Positions 33,990-47,129 are shown, counted from the first letter of the whole stretch. The stretch is 63,669 nucleotides of DNA, filler included, from Dimorphilus gyrociliatus (GCA_904063045.1; 3 parts of 3 records of this genome joined end to end with filler, not necessarily neighbours in it), one strand, 5' to 3'. Notes: generated by a model from the sequence alone, not told the origin. Translations and numbers: made by a program.

Positions 33990-36900
33990 TTTTCATCTGC
34001 TTCTTAAGTTGAAAAAAATTCATAAATTCACTGGTTGAAAAAATAAATGGATTCAAAAGAGAATTTAGGGGAATAATACCAACAAAAATTGCAACATAGA
34101 TATTATTTTTAAAATGAATAGAAGCAATTTCAGATAAGACAGCTGTTTAAAAAGTTTAAGTGCACAATTTAAAGCATATTTAAAAAACGCCTATATTTTG
34201 TTTATATTTACAAAGAATTGATACTGGAAACCAACACAATAAATTTGATATTGTAATGATATAAACACTTTTTGAAATATTTAATTTTTTATTATTTCCA
34301 CTTGGTGATTTGAAATGTAATGCATTATTAATATTATATATTAACTTAATATATAAAACTGAAATAATTAGGCTGAGCAGAAAGAGTAATACACCAAAAA
34401 TGTAAAATGAAAATAGCCAACCCTGTGACTTGTCAGATCTAATTGCTATGTTAAAGCATATTGTTGATTTTTTATAAAATTTCTAAAATTGTATAGATTA
34501 AAGATTAGGTTACAGCAATCAAGTCAAATTAGGTCAATACATATTTTTGGAAATATACCTACATCATATAAAATTAGAGGTATTAGTGATATTACTAAAC
34601 AAACAAGTAATATTGCAATGAAAAAAATGTATTTATAATTAATCATAAATGGAACTTTTAAAGGATTTGAAACTGATTCATATCTTTCAATTGTTATAAA
34701 TAATAGCACACATGTAGAAAATAGTAATGAAAATGTCAAGGTTGTTCCCAAAAATGAACAGAATCTACTATCTCTCCATGATTGCTCTTTGTAAATGTAT
34801 TTGTTGCCTGAGTAGTATAAATCAACTATTGCTATTATCAATACATAGGAACAAGTTAGACAATCTCCAAAATTTAAACATAATCTAAACAATTTTGCTG
34901 GTACTTTAGAATAGAATGTTATAAAAAATGATATTAAATTTCCTAAAACTCCAAAAATTCCAATTATCCAAAATGTTGTTTTTAAAATATTTGTTGGAAT
35001 GATATTATGACAGGTTAAAAAAACTGGTGGATTTGGTGTACAATGGGTGATTTTCCCTAAAGTTTTCCAACTTAGGCAACATAGTTGGAAATTTTCACTT
35101 TCAATATACTTCAATGATGTCATACTTTCAACAATGGATAGTAAATATCTACTTGGAATGTACGTTTGTGTTATAATAAATGTCTCAACATTTCTCAGAG
35201 CTGTAAAAGTATTTTCTTCAATCAAATTTAAATTGCAATTTTTAAATGATAAAATTTTTAAAAAATTTAAAAATTTAAATGTTTCCCTATCCAAATGCTG
35301 AATTTTTGTTTGTGAAAAATCTAATACTAAAAGATTTATAGTTTTAAACAATTTTGGAAAATTCAAATTTTTTAGTGGATTATTTGAAATATTTAAAATT
35401 TGAAGCATTTGTAATTTTGAATTTGAAAGGAAGTTGAAATCAGTTAAATCATTATGTGAAACATCTAAATAAACAATATTTGGTAGGAGAAGATTACCAA
35501 TAAATTTTAGTTTATAATTTTTATGAACTATTAAAATATGAAGATTATAATAATCATTTGTAATATTTAATTTAAAATTTCCTTCTAATTCGATACTTTT
35601 AGTATTTTCATCCAATTCAAAGTTGAATACTGAACCATTAAATTTACAATTTATATCATAAATATTATTATAAAAACATATATCGCTGTCTTGTATTGTT
35701 AGATTTAAACAAGAAATTTCATCACTACCAATTTTACAATCAACTTTCCCATCACACAATTGTTTATCACTTAAAAAAATATTTTCATTTCTACATTTAA
35801 AAAATCCTTTAGCAATAAAATTATCTGTTTGTTTGTTTTTATTTTTTTAAGGAAAAATACTTATTTTCTATTTATTCTTTTTTATTTTACCACAATGAAG
35901 CTCGTCATCTCCATATAAACAATGATTTAAACCATCACATACCAGATAAACTGGTATACAATAACCTTCAGAATAACATTTATATTCTGATAGTGAGCAT
36001 ATTTTATTTTGGCAATTATACAAATTTGAAAATGGATGTTGTATTTTTGTAAGAAAATTATTCATAGAATCATATTCAATTGTACAACTAGCAATGTGTC
36101 TATTTTTGAAATATTCATAATATTTGAATCTATCACAAGAACCTTCATCGCTTTGATCATAACAGTCTATTACATAGTTACAATGATTGTCATTTATAGT
36201 ACAATGATCATCGCATTCCCTTTGCACTCTGTCATTGCAGCCTTAAAATATTAAAAATTTCAATAGTAAACTGTAATAGCATATATATTTTACTGTATAC
36301 TTTGCCTAAATCTCTTATCAATTGCATCAGTATCATAGCATAATTCATCACTATAATCTATACAATTTCTTTCATTATTGCAAACATTTTCTGCACTAAT
36401 GCACTGTTTATTGTGACACTGTCGACTGCAAAATGGATTTACAATTCATTATATTTTATTTATTCAGGGTTAAAATTTTCATAACCTAGAATTTTTACAT
36501 TGTTTGAAAGCTAAGAATGAAAAAAAATGGGTTAGGCAAAGAAATATTTTTTTTTTTATTTACTGCAAACATTCTCATCAGAGTGATCTCTACAATCAGG
36601 ATAAAAATCACAGATTAATAAATTACTGATCTTTTCCTTTGATTCTAAACATTGAAATAATTTGAATGTATTATTTTCACAATTAAATTCATCTTCTCCA
36701 GATTTACAATCAAAATGTCCATCACAAATATAAATAGCATTAATACAATATCCATCTTGTTTACATTCAAAATCTCTTTTTAAACAATTCACAAATTTTT
36801 GAGGAAAATTTAAAGAATATTTTTGCAATGATAAAAATTCACTTTCTGAAAAAAAAGAACTTTTGCAAAAATTTAAATATTTAAAATTATAAAAATGATT

Positions 36901-39293
36901 AACTTAACAATTTTTGGCATACAAATACTCTACTATTTTTACTGCATGGAATAGTTTTAGAATATGAATATGATGATCTGAAAAAAGATAAAATTGTAAA
37001 AGTTTTTAGCCAAAAAAAAGAAACAAAAACTTTTACAAATCTCGTAATAATTCCATTGTAAAACAATCATCTGTAATTTTTTTTGGCAGTATTTTCAAGT
37101 ATTGGTTTTTATTATTAAAAATAAGTTGACTATTAGATTTAACAGTATTATCATCTGTACTATGTTTATTCTCTGCAATTGGTATAAATTCACTAGTTAA
37201 ATTACTCAATGTAACAGATATTTCTCTATTCTTATAGATTCTCTTCTTAAATTCTTTAATTAAAAAAAAAAACATGAAGTTAAAAAGTTTGTGTTGTTAA
37301 AAAATATTACTTGAAAAAAGTGAAATGGTGACTTTTCCATCAGCAATAGCTGATATTAGAAAATATAGATATTGAATAATATATTGCTTTTTAAATGATA
37401 AAAATGTTAATGGCATCATATTTTGTAATTGACAAAAATTTTGGTGGTATTTTATTCTTTTAGGTTGTTTAATGATAAAAATTTGATAACATAAACTTTC
37501 AATAGCAATCATATTTTTATCAAAGCAGTCAAATTTTTGAATTTTTGTTTGAAAACATTTTATAGTTATTTTCCCATAAGGTCTAAGTATATTTCTACAA
37601 TAACAAATTGAATTAAATTACAAAAAAAACTAAGAAAATGTTATCTTTGAAACCCTTTAACAATTTGACAATTTTCAACATTTGTCTCATTTTTTGAACA
37701 ATATAAACTTGATATAAAAATATAATTTGGATGACTTATTGTCAATTCATCAACAAATTGAATATTTGATTTAATAAATATTTTTCCAGTTGAGAATCCA
37801 AAATGTCTGTATAATAGATGAATATCACGTGATTGATAAACACGAATAAAATAGTAAATGTTTTGTAAAGAGATTTCAACATGTCCAATGAAAGATGTAT
37901 AATTATGTTTTTGACCATACAATATATTTTGTTTTGAATTTATGAAATAGAATTTTTTGTCTTAAAAAAAATATATTTCAAAATTTAAAAACATTTTTTA
38001 AATTTCAAAAATACTTGGTGGATTCTTATATTCTTGACAACGTGCCAATTGTACAATATACAGACCACTAAAACTGTTAACAATGTTGGTAGGTTTTAGA
38101 TAACAGTTTGAAAATATGTCATTCTCTTCTGAAGAACTGCCTTTCATAATTACAGCAAGTTTCTGAAATACCAAAATCAGTACAGGATATTTTTTTATAA
38201 TAAAAAAATATTTATTAAGAGATTGTTACTAAATGTATTAGGGAAGTAGCAGGATATCCAACAATTGGTCCAGTTGTCATTCCTTTACGACTTTGACAAA
38301 AGAGATAACTTGCATGGCCAAAATGTATTCCTTTGCTAAAGATTACTCCTCTAAAACCAAATCTTGATGAGTATGCAACCAATGTATGAAAACTAAATGT
38401 ATGTTTTAAATTCTCTGATGACATATAGTTCTTTTCAAATAGTTTTATTTCTATTATGAAAAAAATCAACAAACAACAGTAGTTCATTAATAACAAACAT
38501 TTTGACTTTATTAAAAATGTGACCTTCAACTTCAAAGTATGAACAGTGAACAAGTTTAGTTGAATTGTTTATTGTTGGTGATGGTGAATAATTTACTTGG
38601 ATGTCATTGCTGCCAAGTACTTTTAAAACATTAACTTTTTCTTCAACTTTTAATTGAAAATCAATAATTAATGAATGTTTTCTGCATAACACTACTCTTT
38701 CATTCCAAAGAGAAGATGTTTGAAAGAACAAGTCATTTTTCTTTAAAATTAAAGAATACATTAAATTTGATATTTTCATTGCTAAAATGACTGTAAAAAA
38801 AATAAACTGATATAACTATGTCTCAGTTCTTTTATTTTCTTACAAGTTGAATTCCTTTTGAAACATTTTAAAATTATTTCAATATTTGAAGCAATTGTTG
38901 TTATTAGGCTATTTTAAAAAAAAATATTTTTAATTTAAAAAATAAAAATTCCTATTTTTTCTTTTTTTTTTACAATTTGCAGCAAGGACTTTTATTCAGT
39001 AATTTAATTGTTGGTTCACTTGAATTTGTTTCTTTATATTCAATTTGAGTGAAATTTGAATACTCTTTAGATAATTTTTCACAAAAATCTTGCTTAAGCT
39101 CATCAAACTTTACAACTAGATGAGTATCATAAAAGATTTTTCTATGCAATTTACCATCATACCAACCGGAAATGGAATAGTTGTTAAAAATGTTATTGCT
39201 ATTGATTAATTGAAAAGTTAAATTATTAAATTCATTCTTTGAAAATGTTCCTGTATAGAAAAGGAATAGAGTAGCAAAAACATTATAATCCAT
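33990..39293 (-). CDS. Multi-exon GRL101/RXFP-type GPCR paralog B: signal peptide, SRCR-like domains, multiple LDLa, LRRs, complete 7TM
   Basis: MDYNVFATLFLFYTGTFS leader. GHVEI...RHFGF...LYCSKNETNVENC (SRCR-like). CDGHFDCKSGEDEFNC and other LDLa. LRR block, GVLGN, IERY, NLLCWFP, NSLLNPFIF. Confidence 0.88.
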
Positions 39294-39680
39294 TTTTTGC
39301 TTTAAAAGATAATAGATTGTTGTACTTTGTTTTGGATTTTATTTCACATTTGTTGTTTATTTATTTTTATTTTGCTTTTGAAGTAGTTTTAAATTACTTT
39401 TGAAATGTGTTAAATTATATTTTTTTAATGGTGTGGAGATGGCAAAAGAATAAATGTCCTCTCTGCTAAATTATCATCTTTCAAATCCATTAACTGCCCT
39501 GACCTTTTCCTAGTCATGACTGGACTATATTCGTGTTCTCTTCTACACCTATACTCAGTGGAATTGAAAAAATTGCCTTTTTAGCTATTACATATTGTAT
39601 TGATGCCTCACTATTTTTAAATAGATGTGAAATGTAATTATACAATGTTCAGGCAATTCATATATAATTCCTGGAGGACA

Positions 39681-41729
39681 TTAGGAGTAATTACTATATC
39701 TAGTAAGGAAAAACTATAGATTTATTGTCCTCTGTGAATGAACTTGCGGTAATATCTGGATAAACAATAGAACAATATGTGGCATTTTAAACAATAGTTT
39801 ACAATTTTATAATACCTGATAAAAAAGGCATTTCTTTTGAGTTTGATTGCTCTCTTCCTAATAATTCTTTCATACAATGAGAAATTATAAATACATAAGA
39901 TATTTAAAATTTTATGTCATAACCTCATTAATGTTTTGAAAAAAGATATGTTTTGTTCATATTTTAAAGTGAAAATAAAAATTTAAACAAAGGTCACATT
40001 TCAAATAAGATTTATTTTAATGAAGAAATTTTTTATTGAAGTTCCGAATAACAATATGACAAGAACATTCGGTTTTCTTTTCGTGATGTTTCTTAGCAAT
40101 TTCACTACTTCAAACTCACTTGGTGAGTAAGTATAATTGATCGTTGTTAACATTCCCTTTCTCTCTCTGTTTAAAGATTTTATTTATAAGAAATTTACAA
40201 ATCATATTGGAAATGGTGATAGTTTTATTGTACCTGAATGGGGTACTTCTGAAAAGATTGAACAAATGGAAATGTGCCAGTATATTTGTTCAAGCCATAA
40301 AGATTGTGGGTAAGACTAATTTCTTTTTTAACTATTTTAAGGTAATTTTCAATTGCACTAATTCAATTTCTAAGATCATTTAACTGGAATTCAACGATTG
40401 GAAAGTGTTATATGAGAAAGAAACATACTGGAAGTGAGCATAGCTATGAGAGTGGGACTGATGATTTCTTTTTTAAAACTTTTGGCAAAATTGGTTTGTA
40501 AAAAATTCAATATTTGGAAAAAAGACTACTTTATTTGTAAACAAATTTTTCAAAAATAATTGGCTTTCTTTCAGAATGTACATTTAATTTGAAGAATATG
40601 AATAGGCTTAGATCAGGTCCTAGCTTTATTGCACCCGAATGGGGTAGTAGTTCAAAAGCAGTTGATCTTGAAGAATGTAAAAGAGTATGCAGCAAATATC
40701 AGGCTTGCCGGTAAGCTAGATAATTTGAATTCAATTAAGATATTTTATATATAAAAGTTAAAATTTTACAGAACATTCCTTTTTGGAGGCTCATGTTCAC
40801 TGAAAGCTCATCAAAGTCACTACTCAAATTCAGCTTGTAAGTTTTACCTTAAAAATACTTGTGTAACAGAAACTGGTAAGACTCTTTACATTTTAACATT
40901 TATAATTTCAGTTTTCTTGACGTAAAAACATTTTGAGTTCTGAGGTAAAAAAACAACAGCAATCTTAATATAAGTACCAGTTGTATTTACTGAGAACAAA
41001 ACAAAACAAAATATTCAAAGACAGACAAAAAACAATACATTCAATTCAACATATAAGATATTTACTGTATACTTAAAGGAAGTCATAGATTGATAATTAG
41101 AATAAAGACTTCATGAACATAAAAAACATCTACTTCAATGGGATTACAATTGTAGGCTACGCAAATAACAGAAATTTTTGCAATATGTTATTCTTACATT
41201 TCATCATGATGGAATGAACAAGAAGATACGGGATTGGGAGAAAATGGCCCACTTTTAAGAGAAAATAGCCCATATGGGAGAAAGCAGCCTTAATGAAAAT
41301 GGCTGACTTTTGGGGATAAGTATAAAGCAGTCAACACAGGAATTGATGGAAAACAGCCATAAGTAAGATATTAAAAGAAGTGAACCAATGCTTAGAGCTT
41401 CAAGTAGAGAAGCCACAAATGGACTTTATCAATTCCTACCAAAAGGTCACACTACAGATTGTCTTTATTTATTCAAGAACTACATTTGCAATATGGAATA
41501 TAATTAACCTTATTAAAAATTCAATTATCTCAAGTTGTCGTCACAACCAAATATTTTCTTTTTCCATTGTTAATGAATACAATTTTGTTGTTTTTACTCT
41601 AAACATTTTGCAGTTTTGGTTAAGGATAAACAGTTCAGTAGATAAAAGCCCAGATAATCTATTCATGGTGTGGTATAGAGGACAATAAATCTATAGTTTT
41701 TCCTTACTAGATATAGTAATTACTCCTAA
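39681..41729. repeat. Perfect 53-bp inverted repeat pair (39681-39733 and 41677-41729)
   Basis: ttaggagtaattactatatctagtaaggaaaaactatagatttattgtcctct and its exact reverse complement. Confidence 0.92.
40056..40880 (+). CDS. Secreted tandem PAN/apple-domain protein (PEWG family), last exon not located
   Basis: Signal exon MTRTFGFLFVMFLSNFTTSNSL. Repeats IVPEWG...CQYICSSHKDC|SFNWN...CYM and IAPEWG...ECKRVCSKYQAC|R...CSL. Short introns. Confidence 0.75.
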
Positions 41730-41730
41730 A

Positions 41731-41855
41731 GCAAGTAACAGTATGAAAGTTGAATAGCAGAGTAAGTAGTGGGTAACAGTAGGTTGTGAAGTTACCAAAC
41801 TAGTGTCCAATGTTGAGGAAGTAGAAAGGTCCTAGTGGATGTTGGTTCCAATTGA
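41731..41855 (-). repeat. Solo-LTR fragment homologous to the Gypsy 5' LTR
   Basis: Reverse complement cctcaacattggacactagtttggtaact...tactctgctattcaactttcatactgttacttgc matches 18470-18543. Confidence 0.85.
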
Positions 41856-41914
41856 TCCTCCTAGGTTGAGGTTAGCCTAACCCTAACCCTAACCCAATCA
41901 TCTAGTTTGGAAAA

Positions 41915-42130
41915 GGGATGTTGTTGAAAACGCCCACTAGCCTGTTGAAAAAGCCCACAGTGATTGCTGAAAACACCCACTGCACTTATTACCTATGCCC
42001 ACTAATGATTTATAACTGTTTATAACTAATATTGATATAAATTTGTATTCTTAATATTCTTTCTTTTGTTGGAACAGAGAATATTAAAAATGATTGGTAA
42101 GGATTATTGTGGGCGTTTTCAACAACCCCC
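41915..42130. mobile_element. MITE family B (216 bp) with asymmetric ends
   Basis: GGGAT + gttgttgaaaacgcccac ... gtgggcgttttcaacaac + CCCC, with internal tandem copies of the TIR motif. Confidence 0.8.
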
Positions 42131-42405
42131 GTAAATTTCTATTAATGCTTTTGTGAGAAATACGAGGAAAGAAATACAAATTCAAGTTTTTGTCAAAATA
42201 GGAAAAGGAAATTGTAAAAAAGAAGTAAAATATACTTTAAAAATAAAGAAAATTGGTATTTATTATACTGAAAGTATTTTAAATTTATCATTCTTACATT
42301 AGGGGCACCCTGAAAGTTTTACCCATTTGTGTCTTACAGCTTAAAAAATATTATATAATATGCTTATTTAGAGGTATTTATTAATGTCTTAGATATGTCT
42401 ATTTA

Positions 42406-42610
42406 GGATGTGACAGAAAACGTCTGCAAATTGCTGCTTTTACCCTAACCCTAACCCAGCGCTTGGCTGTACCTAACCTTTCCCAATACCCCTAACCCCA
42501 AGAGGAGACCCTCCTAACTACAAATCAGTTGCTGTATTCTTCTTGTTAACCATATTTCAATCCAAAATCTAGCCTTCAAATTTCTCATTTATGGACGTTT
42601 TCTGTTGACC
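42406..42610. mobile_element. MITE family A full-length copy abutting the truncated 3' end of a MULE
   Basis: ggatgtgacagaaaacgtc...ccctaaccctaaccc...ggacgttttctgttgacc. Confidence 0.85.
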
Positions 42611-43830
42611 TCGTTTGTTCTTCCTCCTATAAAATTTATCTGATAGAAGCTTCTCAACAACTGGAATAAGACATGACTCCTTTTTTAAAATGTCCATGAG
42701 CATGTAAAATGACCCTTTTGCAGGCATCTTTCCATTCATTCTTCTGTGCCATCCTTCAACATTATTGTTGGTTCTGATGGCAAGACCAAATACAGACCAA
42801 CAATCTGGTGTTCAAATTGAATGCTTAATTCAAGTACTTTCAATGTATTGAAAAAAATCCAAAAATTCATTTCTCTCAAAAGCTTTTTCTTTTAGCATGT
42901 AAAAACTGTTTAAAATAGCTTCAACTGGAAGAAAAAGTAGTGCCAGAGCTTGTTTCAGAAGTGCCTTCTTTTCCCCAGAATATTGCTGTACATATCCCAA
43001 GCTCCACAATAATTTAATATTAGAACAAACCACATAATTTAAATAAAGGCTTACTTGAATTTTTTTGTAGATAGCTTGGGTCCAATGGAAGACACAACCT
43101 TGAATAGGAATATTAGGATACACTGAGATAAGAGCAGTCCATATACCTAATTCAAAATCAACTACAAATTTGTCTGGTTGAAATCCATTTGTGAATTCGT
43201 GAATCTCCTATTGATAAGATAAAGTCAACAAAACAAAATACAATAACTAAACCTTACTTACTTTAACAATTATTTTTTATGCTTTTTTTTTCTTTGATGT
43301 TAAAAAAGCAAATGCTAATGGAATTTGTTTTGCTTCTCCATCATATTTAATGAAGGAGTGAACAGAAAAAAGCTGTACAAATGGATTTTTCATAACCTTG
43401 AATGTGCCATCTAAATACCACACTTTACTTTTACATAATAAATACAGCTGGTGTTTTGAGTCAAATAGTAAAATCCATTGGTTGTTTGCAACAATATCAT
43501 TTTGAAGAAAATCATCTGGTATAAATGTTGTGTTAATTTCAGAATCAATTTCATTTGGTTCCTTTGGCCTTGATTTTTTCCTATTAATATTAGCTAGTCT
43601 CCTCAGATTTTCCATTTTGGGTAAGCTATTTTCACTTTATTCAAATTCAAGAATAGATCTTCAGCTGAACACTTCAATGAAATATCTTCAGTATTTTTCT
43701 CCCTAATGACCCGACACCATTTTATACTTGTTATTAAACTCTCTGTCCTTTCACTATTATGCTTTATATGACTTGGCTTAAATGTATTTCCTTTTTGTTT
43801 GATTGTTGCAGGACACTGAATGTTATTTAT
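42611..43830 (-). mobile_element. Mutator (MULE) transposase with introns
   Basis: FLYWCH end CPATIKQKGNTF, WYLDGTFK...QLFSVH, VVDFELG...GCVFHWTQA, RTNNNVEGWHRR. Confidence 0.92.
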
Positions 43831-44207
43831 TTCTGCTAGAAAATCTCTAAATTATTTTATTATCATTTAATTTTAACAGTTAATGTTTTCTTTTTTATTT
43901 ATAAAAAATAGACATTGAAAACTGGTAGAAAAATATCTATGTTACTTATTTGCAGCATTTCCACACGAGAAGAAATTCTTAACAAAGAAGACATTTTGAC
44001 TTATGGAAAAACAATGGGATACAGAAATATTTTAGCATTGATCTTTCCTTCATGACATATTACTTTTTACATATTGTACCATTTTTTAAGTATCTTTAAC
44101 AGATATATTATAGATTGTACAATCAAGGATTTCAACCTCACAAAGTATACAAGTTGTTATAGTTTCTCTCAAAATCTTTTAACTGCAGAAGAATAACACG
44201 TTTCTTT

Positions 44208-45140
44208 CTAAAATTGTGTTGGATAAATATTGTTTGTTTTACATTGACATAACAATTTAACAAATGTTAATTTTAATGTTGAATTACCAAAAATTGTAAT
44301 AATAGGATTAAAAATAGTGTGAATTACAAATAATGATCTAAATCTTTCTGAAATTTTAACAAAATATGGTTCTCTAATGTAAATAAAAAGTATTCCAGGA
44401 ATTGAGATTAATATCCAACAAAAAAACATCATTGTTATCTGCATTAAAATGGCTTTTGATGATTTTGATATAGATTTTGTTGTATTAGTTTGAATTCCAA
44501 TATCATGAGCATGTTTTTTAGCAATTTTAATAATTTTGATATGTAAAATAAGAGATATTATTATTTTGGGTAAAAATAGGCCAAGATAAACAAAATGATA
44601 TTTAAATTTAAATATCAAATGTCCTGCACAATGTAAGTCTTCAGTTCTATTTTTAGAAGTTAGTGAAAGATAATATGGAAAAAAGCCTATAATAAATGAA
44701 AAAATTATGATAAGGACTGCAACTGCAAATGACCTTGAAAAGGTTAGATACTTTTTAAAATTAAATGGATATATAATAATAATATATCTTTGTAGAATGC
44801 TAGCCACTATAAACAATAATGATTGATAATAAACAGTTGGTCCTAATAAATGAACTAATACACAAAGGAATGGATCTATAATTTCAATATCAACAGAAGA
44901 TTGTAATACTTTCTCTATAAAATTCCATATTGATGTTGATAAATCACAAATTGTCATCATTGGTATGAAACTTATGATTCCATCTTCAATATTCTTAGAT
45001 CTTTTATAAACAATTAAAACCAGACTATTAAATAGAATACCCAAACATAAGAACAGAAATTCAAATATATTAACAATCAGATATTCTGTATTAGTATAAA
45101 CTTCTGATGTTGAATTTGTAGTTTCATTCACTGTGTACAT
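44208..45140 (-). CDS. Class A GPCR, single exon
   Basis: 310 aa, 7TM, GILFN, ICDL, LQRY, FFCWILI, NPIIT. Confidence 0.92.
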   Translation of the reverse strand: MYTVNETTNSTSEVYTNTEYLIVNIFEFLFLCLGILFNSLVLIVYKRSKNIEDGIISFIPMMTICDLSTSIWNFIEKVLQSSVDIEIIDPFLCVLVHLLGPTVYYQSLLFIVASILQRYIIIIYPFNFKKYLTFSRSFAVAVLIIIFSFIIGFFPYYLSLTSKNRTEDLHCAGHLIFKFKYHFVYLGLFLPKIIISLILHIKIIKIAKKHAHDIGIQTNTTKSISKSSKAILMQITMMFFCWILISIPGILFIYIREPYFVKISERFRSLFVIHTIFNPIITIFGNSTLKLTFVKLLCQCKTNNIYPTQF

Positions 45141-45629
45141 TTATCATTTGTCTTTGAATTATAACAGAGAAATTATATATATATACATATATGTATTTGG
45201 TCACAACCACTAGGTTTGGCAATGTGCCAAATTCTATATATATATATATATATATACTTTATGAATTTGAATAATTATTCATTTGCATTATTTATTATGC
45301 ATACTGTAAAATTACTAGGAGAAAGACTAAACATAGAGCTATGATTTTGCTTGTAAATTAGATGCTTAATGGTAAAGCTGTTTGCATTAATATTAAAAAG
45401 TAATGCATTGGTAAATCTTCTTGTTTACCAGCAACTGTAAACTAGTCTACTGCAAACCCAATAATGAACTATACAAGGACACAAATAAGCAAATGATTCC
45501 TCTCTGTTATCAAATCACCAAGTTACTTTTAGTGATTAATTTCATTGAGCAGAAATGGATTGAAGGGATTTAGTCAGGATGTGAATTTCTCTTAACATTT
45601 TGCACAGGTTCTGAAGCTCAAGTAACCTT

Positions 45630-46700
45630 TTTTAATTTGATGAAAAGATATTCTTTTGGCTTTTTTTGTTTGCTGGCTGCGATTTTTCTATTTCGTCAAT
45701 CTTGATCTTTTTATAAATGTCAATATTACCTTTACACCATAAATAGTATGCTGCTGCACCTGCACTTGCCTCCTTAACTTCTTGAAGATTTAATTTATCA
45801 ATTATTTCTTTAGCTCTTAAATTAATTGCTGGATGTACATTGAAGATTTTAAGAGCTTAGATTTTCTTTAAAATTGAGTTAGAGCATGCATATTTAATAA
45901 AAACTCGACATTCTTTCCATTCATCAGTTTGTACTTCACCAATTGATAAAATCAATAATGTTGATTTTATAATCAGATGTACAACAGTTGATGGTTGATT
46001 ATACTGATTTAAGTCTGCAATACATTTTGCATCAAGTTTTAAAATTCTTTTTTGCAAACCACGAATTTGGTCCAAATTTGCTTTTAATTCATTAGCTTTT
46101 GATAAATCTTTAAGTAATAGAGGATTTATTGGTTCAACATAATCTTTATCTATAGCTACTTTTAACTTTCTGTAATCTTTTTCTTGAAAAGCCTTTTGCA
46201 AATCTACAATGTTTTAAATGATATTTTTTTTAACAATTTTTCAATACTATAATATTGATATTTTACTTACTTGAATAATTCTATGAGTTTCACTAATTCT
46301 CCATTTATCAGTAATATTTGGAAATTGAAATGCATTTTTATTTGATTCAATAGCATAGAAATAACAATAATAGATTAATTCATAATTGTTTCTTGAATTC
46401 AATTCTTTTCCTTCAATTAGAGATTTATAAATTCCTGTATAAATATCACTTTCATCATTCAAATGTAACAAGAATTCTTGAAGAAATAATGAATATATGC
46501 CAGTCCATAATTAAGCATTCAATAAAACATCTGCTAAGCCTTTTTCAATCATTTCCTTAACAGGTTTGGCAAACATTTGTTGTTGTTTTCTTGTGGTAAA
46601 CAACAGCTGTGCGACCTTCACCATTCTGAGTTCATCATATTGGATGGTTAAGCCCTTCTAATAGTCAATTCTATTATTTTATTTGTTGTTGTTTTTCCTG
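45630..46700 (-). pseudogene. Gene ending in a stand-alone dynein-stalk/MTBD-like helical domain
   Basis: ILKLDAKCIADLNQYNQPSTVVHLIIKSTLLIL...W...*ALKIFNV...RAKEIIDKLNLQEVKEASAGAAAYYLWCKG. In-frame TAA at 45857. Confidence 0.6.
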
Positions 46701-46788
46701 TGGTAAATAACAGCTGTGCAACCTTCACCATTCTAAGTTCGTCATATTTAAATGGTTAAGCCCATTTAATAGATGATTCTATTATTTT
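46575..46788. repeat. About 106-bp tandem duplication
   Basis: atttgttgttgttttcttgtggtaaacaacagctgtgcgaccttcaccattc... repeated at 46681. Confidence 0.85.
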
Positions 46789-47129
46789 AAACACTTATAA
46801 TTGAATGTTTACAATTCTTGATAAATAATTGCCTTTTATTCTTAAATAGTCTGGATGTAAGCTACTTCTAAGTGCACAAACAGATTCATCTGCTAGATCA
46901 AATGCTTAGTTAGGTAGTTGTTTGGAACCAAAATATAGAGCTGGTCTAAATGTTAAGATAATGTTTACACTTGTAATGTGTGTACATTCATACAACAGAA
47001 GTTTTGAAAATTGATGAAAACCCTGAGTAATTTTTCTATTTTACCCTAACACTATCATACCCATAGCCCTTGTCTGAACTATTTCATTGTTAAAGAAATG
47101 TTAAAAAAATTATAATTTTAATGAATCAA

